64,000 nt of DNA from an uncultured delta proteobacterium. Its GTDB lineage: Bacteria > Desulfobacterota > Binatia > UTPRO1. The stretch is taken from positions 203,505-267,504 of the forward strand of contig CAWCPU010000003.1 of assembly GCA_963797545.1 (NCBI GenBank). Direction: 5' to 3'. This document shows positions 39,011 to 51,044 of the stretch, piece by piece; position 1 is the first letter of the stretch, and each line of letters starts with the position of its first letter. The notes beneath the pieces were generated by a model that was not told the DNA's origin, ran no database searches, and saw only the letters and a program-made list of their open reading frames with translations. The position numbers and the translations under genes are program-made.

Positions 39011-41440
39011 TCAGCACGCATACTCGAGCTCGATCATCCCGCGCGTCTTGGTCATGCGCAGCGCCGAGCCGACGTGATAGACGAGGCCGCGGCGCTCGCG
39101 AAGGTCGCGATAGAGGCGCGTCGCGTAGAACGCCCCGGCGAGGACATGGTTCCCGAGCTCGAGCGCGGAGTAGTCAGGGCTCGATCGCGTGATGCCGACG
39201 GTCTCGGCAAGCCGCACGTCGTCCTGGACGCGGGTCGCGTCGGGGACGTCGAGCCGCGCCGCGCCGTTCGGGGGTACGGGGGGAGATCGGTCTCCGGTCT
39301 CTCCCCGCCGGCGGTCCAAGTCACCGAACGATGCGCGTAATAACGGCGCGTGCCTCCTCGGGCGTGATCGGCGCCGATCACGACGATCGTCGTCAGGTCG
39401 GGGCGGAAGACGCGGCGGTGGTACGCCGTCGGACGTCCTCGAGGCGGAGCGACTCGACTGTCGACGGAATCGCCTGGCGGAGCGTGGGATCGTTCGGCGG
39501 GAGGAGCGCCTCGAGAAGCGCCCGCTTCGCGCCAGGTACTCCGGGCTCGCGAGACGGCTCCGGGAAGCTCCGCCGCGAGCTGCGCGCGCACCGTCCGAAA
39601 AGCGTCCTCGGGCAGCGCGGGGATGCAGTTACGTGATCCGCGAGGAGCGGCGACGGCGCGCGCCACGTGGTCGCGCAGCACCTGGACCGAGAAGTCCGTG
39701 GTCGCGGCCTCCTCGGCACCGATCTCGTCGAGCGCACGCTCGAACGAGAGCCGATCGAGCGAGCTGGTGCCGTACCGGAAGAGCCTGTCCAGCACCTCGT
39801 CCACGCCTTCCTGCCCCTGCGGCGTCTCGAGGTCCGGCTCATTGCCTGCACGTGTCCGTAAGATGCTCACCGTCCGACTGACCGACGTCAGGCTGGACGA
39901 GGAGGCGGAGGCCGTTCGGAAGCGTCGTGACGACCGGATGCACCGCCGAGCGGCGGCAACGTCGGGCCTGCACGCGCGCTTTCCGCCCACGGTCGGCAGC
40001 GACACCGACGCCGCATGCTCCGGAGCGAGCGACTACGGCGCCGGCAGGACGCGCGGCGCGGGCGGCCGGCTCGCCGGACGGCCGCGGCGTGAGGACGGCG
40101 ACGACGGCGTGCTCGGGATCGAGGAACCGTGTGCGCGACCCGGCTCGACGTCGGCGACGGTCACGGCCTCGACCGCGCGCACCACGTCGTCGGGTGATGT
40201 CCGTCCTTCGACCGCCAGCGCCCGCGACCAGGCGATCGCGACGCCCTCGACGGAAGTCTTCTGCGAGCTCGGCGTTCGCGATCTCGCGCCGCTTCGCCGC
40301 GGCGACGAGGTCGGCCGGCACGCCGTCCCTCGTGTCTCGATGAGGCGCGCGCCGCACGTCCGCCGCGACCACCGTGCCGTTGGCGCCGCGCGGGAAAGGC
40401 GGCTTCCCCGAAGGCGAGGCCCGCCGTCGGCATGCCCTCGATCGAGAAGTCGGTCGTCGAGCGCCTTCGCCGTCCGCGACCAGCGCGAAGACGGTCGCGC
40501 GACGGCTCGTCGAGCACGGCGGCCAGCACGCGCGCCGCCGCGAAGTCCGGCCCATCGAGCGCCGGGCATGCGGAAGGCGAGGAGCACGAGGCCGTAGGGT
40601 CGATCGGTCGCGAGCTCGATGCGCTCGGGGATGACCGGCGTCGAAGTGGAACGCGGGCCTCGGCGGGCAAATCCTTGCGCGGCAGCCCGCCGAACAGGCG
40701 CTCGACCGGTGGCGAGCGACGGCCTCCGGATCGACGTCGCCCGCGATCACCAGGATCGCATTGTTCGGCGCGTACCACGTGTCGTGGAACCGGCCGGAGC
40801 ATCGCGCCCGTCGTCCGCTCGAAGGAGGCCCGGGTGCCGAGGGCGTCGTGCTCGTACGGCGTGCCCTTGAAGACCGCCGCGAGGAGTCTTCGCGTAGGCG
40901 ACGTACTCGCGGGTTGGACAGGTCCTGGGCGACCTCCTGCTCGATCGCGCCGCGCTCGTGCCGCCCAGAGATCTGTCGCTGGCGAGGATGCCTCGCATGC
41001 GCGATCGCCTCGATGCGGAGCGGCGACCTCGAGCTCGTCGGCTGGCACCGTGAAGTAGTACTGGGTCACCGTCTGCTGCGTATCGGCATTGAAGTCGCCG
41101 CCCATCGCCGCCGTGATGCTCGCGAGCTGGTCGGCCGAGAGGCCGGGACTGCCGCGGAACATCATGTGCTCCTTGGCGTGGGCATCCCCGGGAACCCGGC
41201 GGCGCCTCGATCGACGCCAACCAGGTAGTTCATCATCGTCGTGACGACCGGCGCGAGCGCGCTCGGCACGACGGTTACCTGGAGGCCGTTGGCGAGCGTT
41301 CTCCGGATCACCTGCTGGTGCGCCAGCGGCGGAGGTGCGACGGCTGCCGGGTGCGGAGCGCATGCCGACAGCGCGAGCACGAGCACGATGGCTTCGCGCG
41401 ACATCTGCACCGAGAAAGTCGTTTGCCTCGTGGGCCTCAT
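39011..41440 (-). CDS. M16-family zinc metallopeptidase (insulinase/PqqL-like, two-domain), heavily frameshifted
   Basis: Signal peptide, ...TLANGLQVTVVP..., inverted zincin HAKEHMMFRGS (HxxEH), C-terminal ...LGNHVLAGAFYATRLYRDLRERRGLVYHVGS; start overlaps M23 gene stop (ATGA). Confidence 0.7.
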
Positions 41441-42228
41441 GTGGGCTTGTCCTTCGCGCGCTGCGCGGTCTCTCGTGCGGGCGGCTGGCCAGGCAGGAAG
41501 TAGATCGGATTGCGCGCGATGTTGTCCTTCCGGATCTCGAAGTGGAGATTCGGCTCCGACGTCCGCCCGCTCCGGCCGAGGCGGGCGATGGTGTCGCCCT
41601 GGTGCACGTGGTCACCGGCATGCACGAGGTTTTCTTCGTTGTGGGCATACACCGTCGCGTATCCGCCGGCGTGCTGCACGATCACGACGTTGCCGTACCC
41701 GCGTAAGACGTCGGCGTAGATGACGTGGCCGTCGCAGGCGGCATGCACGGCCGTCCCCGGACGCGCAGCGATATCGATGCCGTCGTGGAAGCCGCGCCCA
41801 CGCGGGCCGAAGGGCGAGGTGACGATGCCGCGCGCGAGCGGCCAGATGAAGAGCCCCGCGCCACGCGGGAAGTCGTGTGGTGTGGGGACGTCCGGCACCG
41901 CCTCCTTCGGCGTGACGATATTCACCGGCACCACATGTGTGCCGCCTGGAATGAAGAGAGGTTGACCGACCTCGAGGCGGTCGGGAGTGGCGAGCTCGTC
42001 GATTTGCGCGAGCGCCCGCGGCGAGATCCCATACGCTTTTCCGATCCGGTACAGGTTTTCTCCCGCGCGCACTCGATGCACGATCCCCGGCCCACGGCCG
42101 TGTGGTGCCCGGGGCGCCGCGCTACAGCCAGCCGCGGCCACCATCACGAGCGCGATCCATCTCGCGCTGCCACGCCGTCGCCGTCCTACGACTCCCGGCG
42201 CGTTCCGCCGGCCCCGCTCCACCGCCAC
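41437..42228 (-). CDS. LysM-domain M23 family metallopeptidase (lipoprotein)
   Basis: LysM HRVRAGENLYRIGKAYGISPRALAQIDEL; M23 HDGIDIAARPGTAVHAACDGHV...HNEENLVHAGDHVHQGDTIARLGRSGRTSEPNLHFEI. Confidence 0.8.
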   Translation of the reverse strand: MAVERGRRNAPGVVGRRRRGSARWIALVMVAAAGCSAAPRAPHGRGPGIVHRVRAGENLYRIGKAYGISPRALAQIDELATPDRLEVGQPLFIPGGTHVVPVNIVTPKEAVPDVPTPHDFPRGAGLFIWPLARGIVTSPFGPRGRGFHDGIDIAARPGTAVHAACDGHVIYADVLRGYGNVVIVQHAGGYATVYAHNEENLVHAGDHVHQGDTIARLGRSGRTSEPNLHFEIRKDNIARNPIYFLPGQPPARETAQRAKDKPT

Positions 42229-42340
42229 ACCCTCCCCGCTGCCCGGCAGCGCTTACCGCTCACCTCGTGTTCCTGCACGTCACCGCCCGCGAATTCTCAA
42301 CCCTCACGCGCCGCGTAGCAGCGCGACGATCGGAGTGAGC

Positions 42341-43351
42341 TCATCGCATCGCGCCGAGACGCGCGATGATCGCGTCCGCCATCTCGCGCGTGCCCGCCGT
42401 GCCGCCGAGATCCGGCGTCAGCTGACGGCCCTCGGCGAGCACGGCGCGGATCGCGGCCGTGATCCGGGCGGCGATCGGCGCGAGCCGACGTGGTCGAGGA
42501 GGAGGAGCGCGGCGACGAGGAGCGGCAGCGGGTTCGCGGTGTTCGTGCCGACGAGAGCGGGCGCGTCGCCGTGGATCGCCTCGAAGACCGCGACGTCGAT
42601 CCCGAGGCTGGCGCCGCCGACGACGCTGATCCCGCCGGCGAGGCCGTTGCCGACCGCCGAGACGAGATCGCCGTAGAAGTTCTGCATCACCATCACGTCG
42701 AACTGGTACGGGTTGATGACGAGCTGCATGCAGGTGTTGTCGACGATCAGCTCCTGGTACGCGATCGCCGGGAACTCCTTCGGCGACCCGCCGGCAGCAC
42801 TCGAGAAAGAGGCCGTCGGAGAGCTTCATGATGTTCGCCTTGTGCACGGCCGTCACCTTGCCGCGGCCGGCGCGCGCCGCGTACTCGAACGCGAAGCGCG
42901 CGATCCGGCTGCAGGCGCGCTCGGTCGTCACCTTGATGCTCTCGACGACGCCGGGAACGATCTGGTGCTCGAGGCCCGAGTACTCGCCCTCGGTGTTCTC
43001 GCGGATGACGACCAGGTCGAGGCCGGGATAGCGCGTCGGATGGCCGGGAAGGTCGCGGATCGGCCGGACGTTGGCGAAGAGATCGAGCTCCTTCCGGAGG
43101 GCGATGTTGGGGTTCTCGAAGCCGTCGGCGGCGTCGAGACGGGCCTTGAGCGCGACGCCGTTGCGGCGGATCGACGCCAGCGCGTCGGCCGGCAGCGGCG
43201 TGCCCGCGCGCGCGAGCGCGGCGGCGCCGGCGTCGACGCGCTCCCACGCGAGCGGCGCGCCGGCGGCGTCGACGATGCGGACGGTCGCCTCGGTGATCTC
43301 CGGGCCGATGCCGTCGCCCGGAATCAGCGTCACGGTGCGGCGCTCGCTCAC
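42341..43351 (-). CDS. NAD-dependent isocitrate dehydrogenase-like subunit (IDH3/IPMDH superfamily), one internal frameshift
   Basis: MSERRTVTLIPGDGIGPEI, VVIRENTEGEYSGLEH, ...NFYGDLVSAVGNGLAGGISVVGGASLG..., EAIHGDAPALVG; middle part in another frame (42418..42729). Confidence 0.75.
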   Translation of the reverse strand: MSERRTVTLIPGDGIGPEITEATVRIVDAAGAPLAWERVDAGAAALARAGTPLPADALASIRRNGVALKARLDAADGFENPNIALRKELDLFANVRPIRDLPGHPTRYPGLDLVVIRENTEGEYSGLEHQIVPGVVESIKVTTERACSRIARFAFEYAARAGRGKVTAVHKANIMKLSDGLFLECCRRVAEGVPGDRVPGADRRQHLHAARHQPVPVRRDGDAELLRRSRLGGRQRPRRRDQRRRRRQPRDRRRGLRGDPRRRARSRRHEHREPAAAPRRRAPPPRPRRLAPIAARITAAIRAVLAEGRQLTPDLGGTAGTREMADAIIARLGAMR

Positions 43352-43391
43352 CGGGGCGTCTCCATCGCGGCGTCGGCCGCGTCTCGACCGC

Positions 43392-44402
<1,011 letters not shown>

Positions 44403-44422
44403 GGGCGCGCCGGTCCGATCGG

Positions 44423-45679
44423 ATGCGGGCTCATCGATGCGCCCGGATTTTGCCGTGCCGACGAAGGATTGCTAGCCTCACCCCGTTGCGTCGATTCAGA
44501 TACACCGCGGACCACGCGAGCGCGAGGCGGGTGTTCCTGCTCGCCGTCGCCGGCGTCCTCGCGTCGGCGTGCGCGACCGTGCCCTACACCGGGCGGCATC
44601 AGCTCGCGATCGTCTCCGACTCGTCCGAGGTCGGCGAGGGCGAGCAGCTCTACGGCGTCATCCGGCGGCGGACGTTGATCTCGCCGGATCGCGAGGCGCA
44701 GGCGATCGTCCGCGAGGTCGGCCGGCGCATCGCTGCCGCCGCCGGCGAGCCGGACTGGGAGTGGGAGTTCACGCTCTTCGCCGACGACCGCGAGGCGAAC
44801 GCGTGGGCGCTGCCCGGCGGCAAGGTCGGCGTCTACACCGGCATCTTTCCGATCGCGCGCGACGACGCGGGTCTCGCGACCATCATCGGTCACGAGGTCG
44901 CGCACGCGATCGCGCACCACAGCGGCGAGCGCGCGAGCCAAGCGCGCGTGCTCGCGTTCGTCGGCGACGGCCTCACCCGGGTGGCAGGGCTCGTCCTGCC
45001 CGGGAGCGCCGACATCGTCGGGCACGCGTACGATCTCGGCACCGAGTACGGCGTGACGCGGCCGTTCAATCGCGCGCAGGAGTCCGAGGCCGACCAGATC
45101 GGGCTCATTCTCATGGCGAAGGCCGGCTACGACCCGCGCGCCGCGGTCGAGGTGTGGACGCGGATGGCCGACCTCGAGGGCGGCGAAGCGCCGCGTCCCG
45201 AGTTCCTGTCGACACACCCCGCCTACGGCAAGCGCCTGGCGCGGATTCGGAAGAGCCTGCCGCGCGCGATGAGGTACGACTCCGGCGACCGCCGGCGCCG
45301 GCCGCTTCCCCGTCTCGCGGCGCTCGCGCGGCCGGATCCCGCCGAGGTCGCGATGCTCGACGCGCTCGATCGCGTCGACCGTCTGGTCGTGCGCGCGCCG
45401 CGCTCGACCGCGGTCACCTCGGCGATCGCGCGCGCCTACGACACCACGCCCGAGCACGTCAGGCGCCTGGCGGACGCCGGCAACCTCACGCCGGGCGAGA
45501 CCGCGCTCGCCCTCGCGATCGCGCGCCAGAGTCACGCCGACGTCCGGGCGATCGCCCGCGACGCCGAACGGCGCTCCTGGTACGCGGTCGCGCGCGCGAA
45601 CCGGGCAACGCCGCAGCCGCTGATCGCGCAGCTTCGTGACATCGCGAGGCGTGCGCGGGCGGCCGGCGCGCGCCCGTGA
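44423..45679 (+). CDS. M48-family zinc metallopeptidase (lipoprotein, BepA/HtpX-like); true start probably GTG 44531
   Basis: HEVAHAIAHH (HExxH), downstream E in ...QESEAD..., lipobox VLASAC; ATG 44423 lies only 20 bp from divergent idh start, so later start preferred. Confidence 0.75.
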   Translation: MRAHRCARILPCRRRIASLTPLRRFRYTADHASARRVFLLAVAGVLASACATVPYTGRHQLAIVSDSSEVGEGEQLYGVIRRRTLISPDREAQAIVREVGRRIAAAAGEPDWEWEFTLFADDREANAWALPGGKVGVYTGIFPIARDDAGLATIIGHEVAHAIAHHSGERASQARVLAFVGDGLTRVAGLVLPGSADIVGHAYDLGTEYGVTRPFNRAQESEADQIGLILMAKAGYDPRAAVEVWTRMADLEGGEAPRPEFLSTHPAYGKRLARIRKSLPRAMRYDSGDRRRRPLPRLAALARPDPAEVAMLDALDRVDRLVVRAPRSTAVTSAIARAYDTTPEHVRRLADAGNLTPGETALALAIARQSHADVRAIARDAERRSWYAVARANRATPQPLIAQLRDIARRARAAGARP

Positions 45680-45736
45680 CGCGCGCGACGCTCGCATGCC
45701 CGCGCGGGCCGCAAGCGCGCTGAGGCGGCGGGCGAG

Positions 45737-45768
45737 AAAAGAGCCCCGACGCGTCAGCGTCGGGGCTC
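45737..45768 (-). terminator. Rho-independent terminator (12-bp perfect stem, 4-nt loop, T-run on minus strand) downstream of the lipase gene
   Basis: gagccccgacgc gtca gcgtcggggctc preceded by aaaa on plus strand (TTTT on minus after stem). Confidence 0.6.
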
Positions 45769-45834
45769 CGTGGTGGAGCCGGTGGGGGGGCGGCTCCTCG
45801 CGGGACGAGAGGGGGGAGGGTCCTCGCGTCCCGC

Positions 45835-48800
45835 TCAGGCGGGATTGCAGGTCAGCTGCAGCTTGTCGGTATCGGTCTTCTTCTTCGTCGGCTTGCTGGG
45901 CAACGTCTGCAGGAACGTCGCCTTGAGCTTCACCTTGTACTTCGTGCTGCGGAAGGTGGCGCCGCTCTGCTTCATCGGGACGACGATGGTCACGGGCGCG
46001 CAATCGTCGTCGCGGCCGTCCGGGAGCGCCAGCGCGACCTCCGTCACGCCGGTGAGCGCGTCGCGGTTCGCGAGGTCGGCGGCGGTCTTGGTCGCCTGCT
46101 TCGCGGACGGATTCTTCACGTCGAGGATGTTGACCTGATCGACGTGGCACGCCGGGAACCGGTCGTCGACGGTGTTCAAGCACACCGCCGCGTGGAACGT
46201 GCACTGGCCGACGACGTCGTCGAAGTCGCAGTTCGTGTCGCCGTCCTGGCAGGTCTGCTTCGCGGAGGGGTTCCCGGCGCCGTCGAGGACGTTCGCCCCG
46301 TCGGGGTTCGCGAGCAGGAACTCGAGCGCGCACTCGAGCGTCGAGTTGCCCTTGCCGGGAATCGACACCGGCTGCGCGAACGTCGACTGATTCACCACGC
46401 CGAAGGTCGAGAAGGCGGTCAGGCCGGTCGTCGAGATCTCGTTGTTGACGACGTCGACGCTCGACGGCAGCAGGTTCACGCACGGTCCGTCGTCCACGGA
46501 GCCGAGGACGCAGTTCGCGTTCGTCGCGCAGGCGGCGTCGTCGCGAGGCAGGTTCCCGGGCCGCCGAAGCGGGCGATCTGGAGGTTCATCTCCTCCGGCG
46601 AGTCGTCGACGATGCCGGCGAGCGCGAGATCGTCGGCGGTATATGCGATCGTGAGCGCGGCCGAGAACGAGCCCTGGGGGTTCTTCTGCACGGTCGTGAA
46701 GAACGGCAGGACGCCGTGCGCCAGCGTGCCGATGCCCGGCGGCATGTCGTCGGCGTTGGCGAGCGAGGTGGTGCCGAGGATGGAGCGGTCGGCGCTGACG
46801 CGCGCCGCGACCGAGTTCGACGTGAAGTCGACGGTGACGTCCGACGTCGGCTCGCTGAACGGCACCGCGCTGCCGGCGCTCACCGTGCGCGCGAAGAAGG
46901 TGTGGCTCGAGGCGCCGGTGGCGACGGTCGTGCTCTCGATCGGGTTGAAGGTCGGCGGCTCGACGTAGTCGAACGTCCCCGGCGTGCCGTTCGCGACGAT
47001 GTCGTTGAACCAGGCGAGGACGTTCGGGAGCACGAACCGGTTCTGGATGCGCACGCCGCGCGTGTAGCTCGGGAACGCGTTCGGCCACTCGGAGACGATC
47101 GCGTGGCCGGGGATGAAGCCGAGCTGCCCGACGAAGGGCGTGATCGTCGACGCGTGCGTCGCCGTTCCCTGCTGGAGGTAGAACGCGGTCACGCCGCCGG
47201 GGCCGTTGGCGCTCACGGTGCCGACCGTCGGCACCAGCGCCAGCGACTCCGGAGCGATCAGGAGGTTGCGGACGTAGGGCACGAAGATGTCGAGGCCGGC
47301 GGCGATCCCGAGCGCCTCGTTCGCCTGGTTCGGTACGACCTCGTCCGACTCGTCGCTGATCTGCATGATGTTGCGCGGGCCGGCGACGACCGGGCTCTGC
47401 ACCCACGCCCCGCCTTCCGCGAGCGGATCGGCGCGATCGAGCAGCGTCTGGCCGAGGTTCGCGAACAGCGCGAAGTGGTCCTCGACGTTCGCCGGATCGA
47501 GGGTGAAGATCGCGTTCAGGCTCGAGAGCGCGCCGGCGCCGATCGAGGAGTTGAGCAGCAGCTCCTGCGTCAGGCCGCCGCCGGTCGCGTTCACCAGGTA
47601 TGCCTGGACGTCGGGCTCGAAGGCCGCGAGGCACGAGCCCATGATCCCGCCCAGCGAGTGGCCCATGTAGAAGATCTCGTGCTCGTCGATGTCGACGCCC
47701 AAGAAGCCGTCGATCGTGTTCGACTGGATCAGGCGGACGAGCTGCATGAGATCGGCGCACGTCTGGCGGAAGTTGTCGCCGGCGCCGACGATGTTGGTGA
47801 AGCCCTGGAAGAAGCCGAGCTGCGTCGAGGCGGTGCCGATCGGGAAGATCAGGAAGCCGCCGTCGGCGAACCCGTCGGGCACCGCGGTGCCGCCGAAGTT
47901 GTTGGCGTTGTCCTGCTGGTTGGGACGATGGGTGCCCGAGGGGTCGCGGTAGCGGTAGCCGTGGGCGACGGCGTCGATGCCGATCGACGCGAAGCCGCTC
48001 GCTGCCAGCGGGTCGGCGAGGTCGGCGACGAGCTTGCGGTCGCCGCCGAGGCCGTGCTGGTTGATGATGATCGGATAACCCGTCGGCGGCGCCGGTGAGC
48101 TCGGGATCGCCACCGTGAACGGAATCTGCACCGCCGCGTCCTGGATGATCGGCGTCTTGTCCGTCGGGCTGGTGTAGACGAAGACCTCGTCGTTCGGCTC
48201 GCAGGCGGTCGCCGGCGGGCAGGCGGCCGCGAGGTTGCCGATGTTCGGCAGATCCTCGACCGGACCGTTGCCGTTCGGATCGTTGGTCTGGAAGCGCGGG
48301 CTGTTGAAGTAGCCGGTGGCGACGATGCTCAGGTTGGTGTGCGCGACGGGCCCGTAGAGGTCGTCGAGGTCGTTCTTGGTGCCGTTCCGGAAGACGAGCG
48401 CGGGGTTGCTCAAGTCGGCGCTCGGCATCGGCAGGCCCGGCAGCACGTCGACCTGCACCCGGCGCAGCGACTCGAGCGTCGATTCCGTGGTGTAGACCGC
48501 CATGCCGGCGATGTCCGACACCGCGGGTCCGCCGTTGGTCGCGACGAAGCTGGCGGCCGCGCCGTAGATGTCGTTGGCGTCGGTGTTCGCCGAGGTGGCG
48601 CGTCCGGGCGGCGATGAAGTCCGCCGTCGCCGTGACCGCCATGCCGCCGCCGGTGACGCCGCCGGCGCCGCCGTTCACGACGCACGCGTAGCGCGTTTGC
48701 GGCTTCAGCGACGTGGCCCGGCAGCGGCAGCACCGCGAGGACGTTCGGGATCCGGGTATCGACGGTGTTCGCCTTGAGCTCGATCGGGACCAACGACGCG

Positions 48801-49237
48801 TCGGTGAGGTTCATCATGAAGACCGAGTCGCTCGCGCTCGGCGTCAGGTTCACCAAGGACGGGCCGCCGGGCAGCGAGCCGACGTCGATCGGGCCGGTGA
48901 AGAAGAAGAAGCACGCCGTCGTCACGCCGAAGCCGTCGAGCACGTCGAGCCCGCGCTCGATGGTCCCGGTGAAGTTGGTGTTGCGGATGACGTCCGCCGA
49001 GAGGCCGATGTCGGCGCCGACGTTGAGCAGGGTTCCGTCGCCGTCGAGGACGTCACCCTGATCGAAGTAGAGGTCGCTCGGAAAGGGCACGCTGCCGAAC
49101 ACGGTCGGGTTCACGTTCTCCGCCGGCAGCGTGAACTTCACCGCCGGTCCCGCCGCCGCCGCGGAGCCGACGAGCGCGACCAGCAGCGAGGCCGTGAGCA
49201 CCGCCGAGGGCACCGCTCCGAACCGATTCGAACGCAT
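45835..49237 (-). CDS. Very large secreted alpha/beta-hydrolase lipase/esterase (about 1130 aa) with Cys-rich C-terminal region, several frameshifts
   Basis: RBS GGAGG + ATG 49237, signal MRSNRFGAVPSAVLTASLLVALVGSAAAAG; nucleophile elbow YMGHSLGG, oxyanion INQHGLGG; C-term ...TCQDGDTNCDFDDVVGQCTFHAAVCLN...; fragments 48410-49282, 46476-48521, 45835-46500. Confidence 0.65.
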
Positions 49238-49529
49238 GAGGACTCCTCTCGAGCTGCCGCTGAGGTCGCTGGGCCGGGGCAAAACGGGACGGCGGGGGAA
49301 GCTACGCCGTCCCGATTTCAGGTGTCAAGGCAAATCACGCCTTTCCCCTGCATCTCCGTGAAAAATTCCCTACGTGGGTACGCGGGTACGCGATTCGACG
49401 AGAGCGTTCGGGATGCGCTCGGGCAGGGGGCAGGTCGGTGCGGCATCGGCTCCCTGGGCACCGAAGCCCGCGCTCGGGACCTCGGCAACGGCGGCGACTC
49501 TCGGCGCTTCCCGCCCGTGCCCGCCGTGG

Positions 49530-50440
49530 TCAGTCGGTGCCGAGGCCGGTGAAGAACTCCTCGCGGAGCTTTGCCCAGTCGACCTGCGGCGCGCCCGCGG
49601 CGGAAGGCCCGCCCATCTCGCGCAGCCGGATCAGCTCGGCCTGGTACCATTCTACGACCGGCTTGCCGATGCGGAGCGCGGACAGCTCCCCGGGCAGGTC
49701 CTCGGGATCCAGCGAGACACACCCAATCGCCGTAGTACGGGCTCTGCCCGAGACGCGGGTCGCGCGCGCAGCGCCGCGTTCACTTCCATCGACCGTTCCG
49801 GAGAGCGGCGCCGGGAAAGCGATCGTGGCGCCGCCCCGGCGCAGCGTGACGACCGGCTCGCCGCGACGAACACGGCGCCGGCGGCGGGGAGGTCGAGGTT
49901 CTCGATCGCGCCGAGCGCCTTGCAGGCGAAATCGTCGAGCGCCGACCCGGACGTGGCCGGCATCCTCGATGCGCGCCCAGGTGTGGCCGTCGGAAAGGAA
50001 CGCGCCCCCCGGCACGCAGAACTCGTCTGCGGGTACGTCGTCGGCGTACGCCGGCGTGACGACGCGCACGCGCGGCAGCCGCTGCGCCTCGAGCGCGAGC
50101 CTGCGCGCTTGATGAGCAGGCGCCTGGCGAAGGCGGTGAGCTCCTCGGCGGTGAAGGGCTTCTGGACGTAGTCGGCGGCGCCGTCGCGCATCGTCTCCAC
50201 GGCCGACTCGATGGTCGCGTAGCCGGTGACCACGGCGACGTCGGCATCGGGTCGCAGGTGCTTGACGCCCTTCACCACCTCGACGCCGTCCATGCCCGGC
50301 ATCTTGAGGTCGGTGAACACGAGATCGTAATCGTTCCGCTGCACCAGCCCGAGCGCCTCCGGTCCGCTCTCGACCGTGTCGACGCTGAAGCCGTCGAGGA
50401 CGAGGATCTTGCGAAAGGCAGTCGAGGACGACGGGCTCGT
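49530..50440 (-). CDS. Response regulator: receiver domain fused to a non-lipoylated GcvH-like (glycine-cleavage H fold) domain; frameshifted
   Basis: Receiver ILVLDGFSVDTVESGPEALGLV...DLVFTDLKMPGMDG...VQKPFTAEEL; C-domain HTWARIEDAGHVRVG...DFACKALGAIENLDLP...NAALRARP...DPEDLPGELSALRIG resembles GcvH but Arg instead of lipoyl-Lys; 5' boundary uncertain. Confidence 0.5.
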
Positions 50441-50659
50441 CGTCGACGGCGAGGATGCGCGCGCGGGGTGCGGGACCTCGGCGCGCTTGAGGCTCGGCGC
50501 CTCGTGGCGAACGTCGAGCCGGAGGCCGACATGGCGAGCGCCGCCTCGCGCTCGCGCCGGACGCGGCGCGCGTCGAGGCGGCGGCCGACCGTGCGGACGA
50601 GCGACGTCGGCTACGACGAACGCGATGAACATCAGCGACGACGATCAGAACGGTCATTG

Positions 50660-51044
50660 TACGCGTTCCTCCTTCGCCGCCCGCGTGGCGCGAGCGCGCG
50701 GCGGACGGCGCTCGAGAAGCTCACCCGCCTCGAACGGCTTGGCGAGGAAGGCGGCGGCACCCGCTCGCGCGCGCGCGCGACGTGGTCGGGAGTGGCGTAG
50801 CCGGTGATCAACATCGACCGGCAAGTCGGGACGCCGGCGCGATGATCTCGTGGAGAACGTCGAAGCCCGAGCCGTCGGGGAGCATGAGGTCGCAGAGCAC
50901 GAGCCGGCAGTCGCCAGCGCCGGATGCGCGAGGCCCGACGGCGGCGTCGCCGGCGGTCGCGACGCCGAAGCCGTGCGCCGCGAGCACGCGGCGCACGGCC
51001 TCGCGCACGACCGGCTCGTCGTCGATCACCAGCACGTCGAGCGC
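50660..51044 (-). CDS. Single-domain response regulator (CheY-like), frameshifted
   Basis: VLVIDDEPVVREAVRRVLAAHGFGVATAGDA...LVLCDLMLPDGSGFDVLHEI... then ...MLITGYATPDHVARARE in another frame; GTG start overlaps HK stop. Confidence 0.45.

Noticed and set aside
38334-39021. Minus-strand ORFs (227 aa, 117 aa) between the phosphoesterase start and the M16 peptidase end
   Set aside because: Arg-rich, frame ambiguous in a frameshift-dense region; no motifs; left unannotated.
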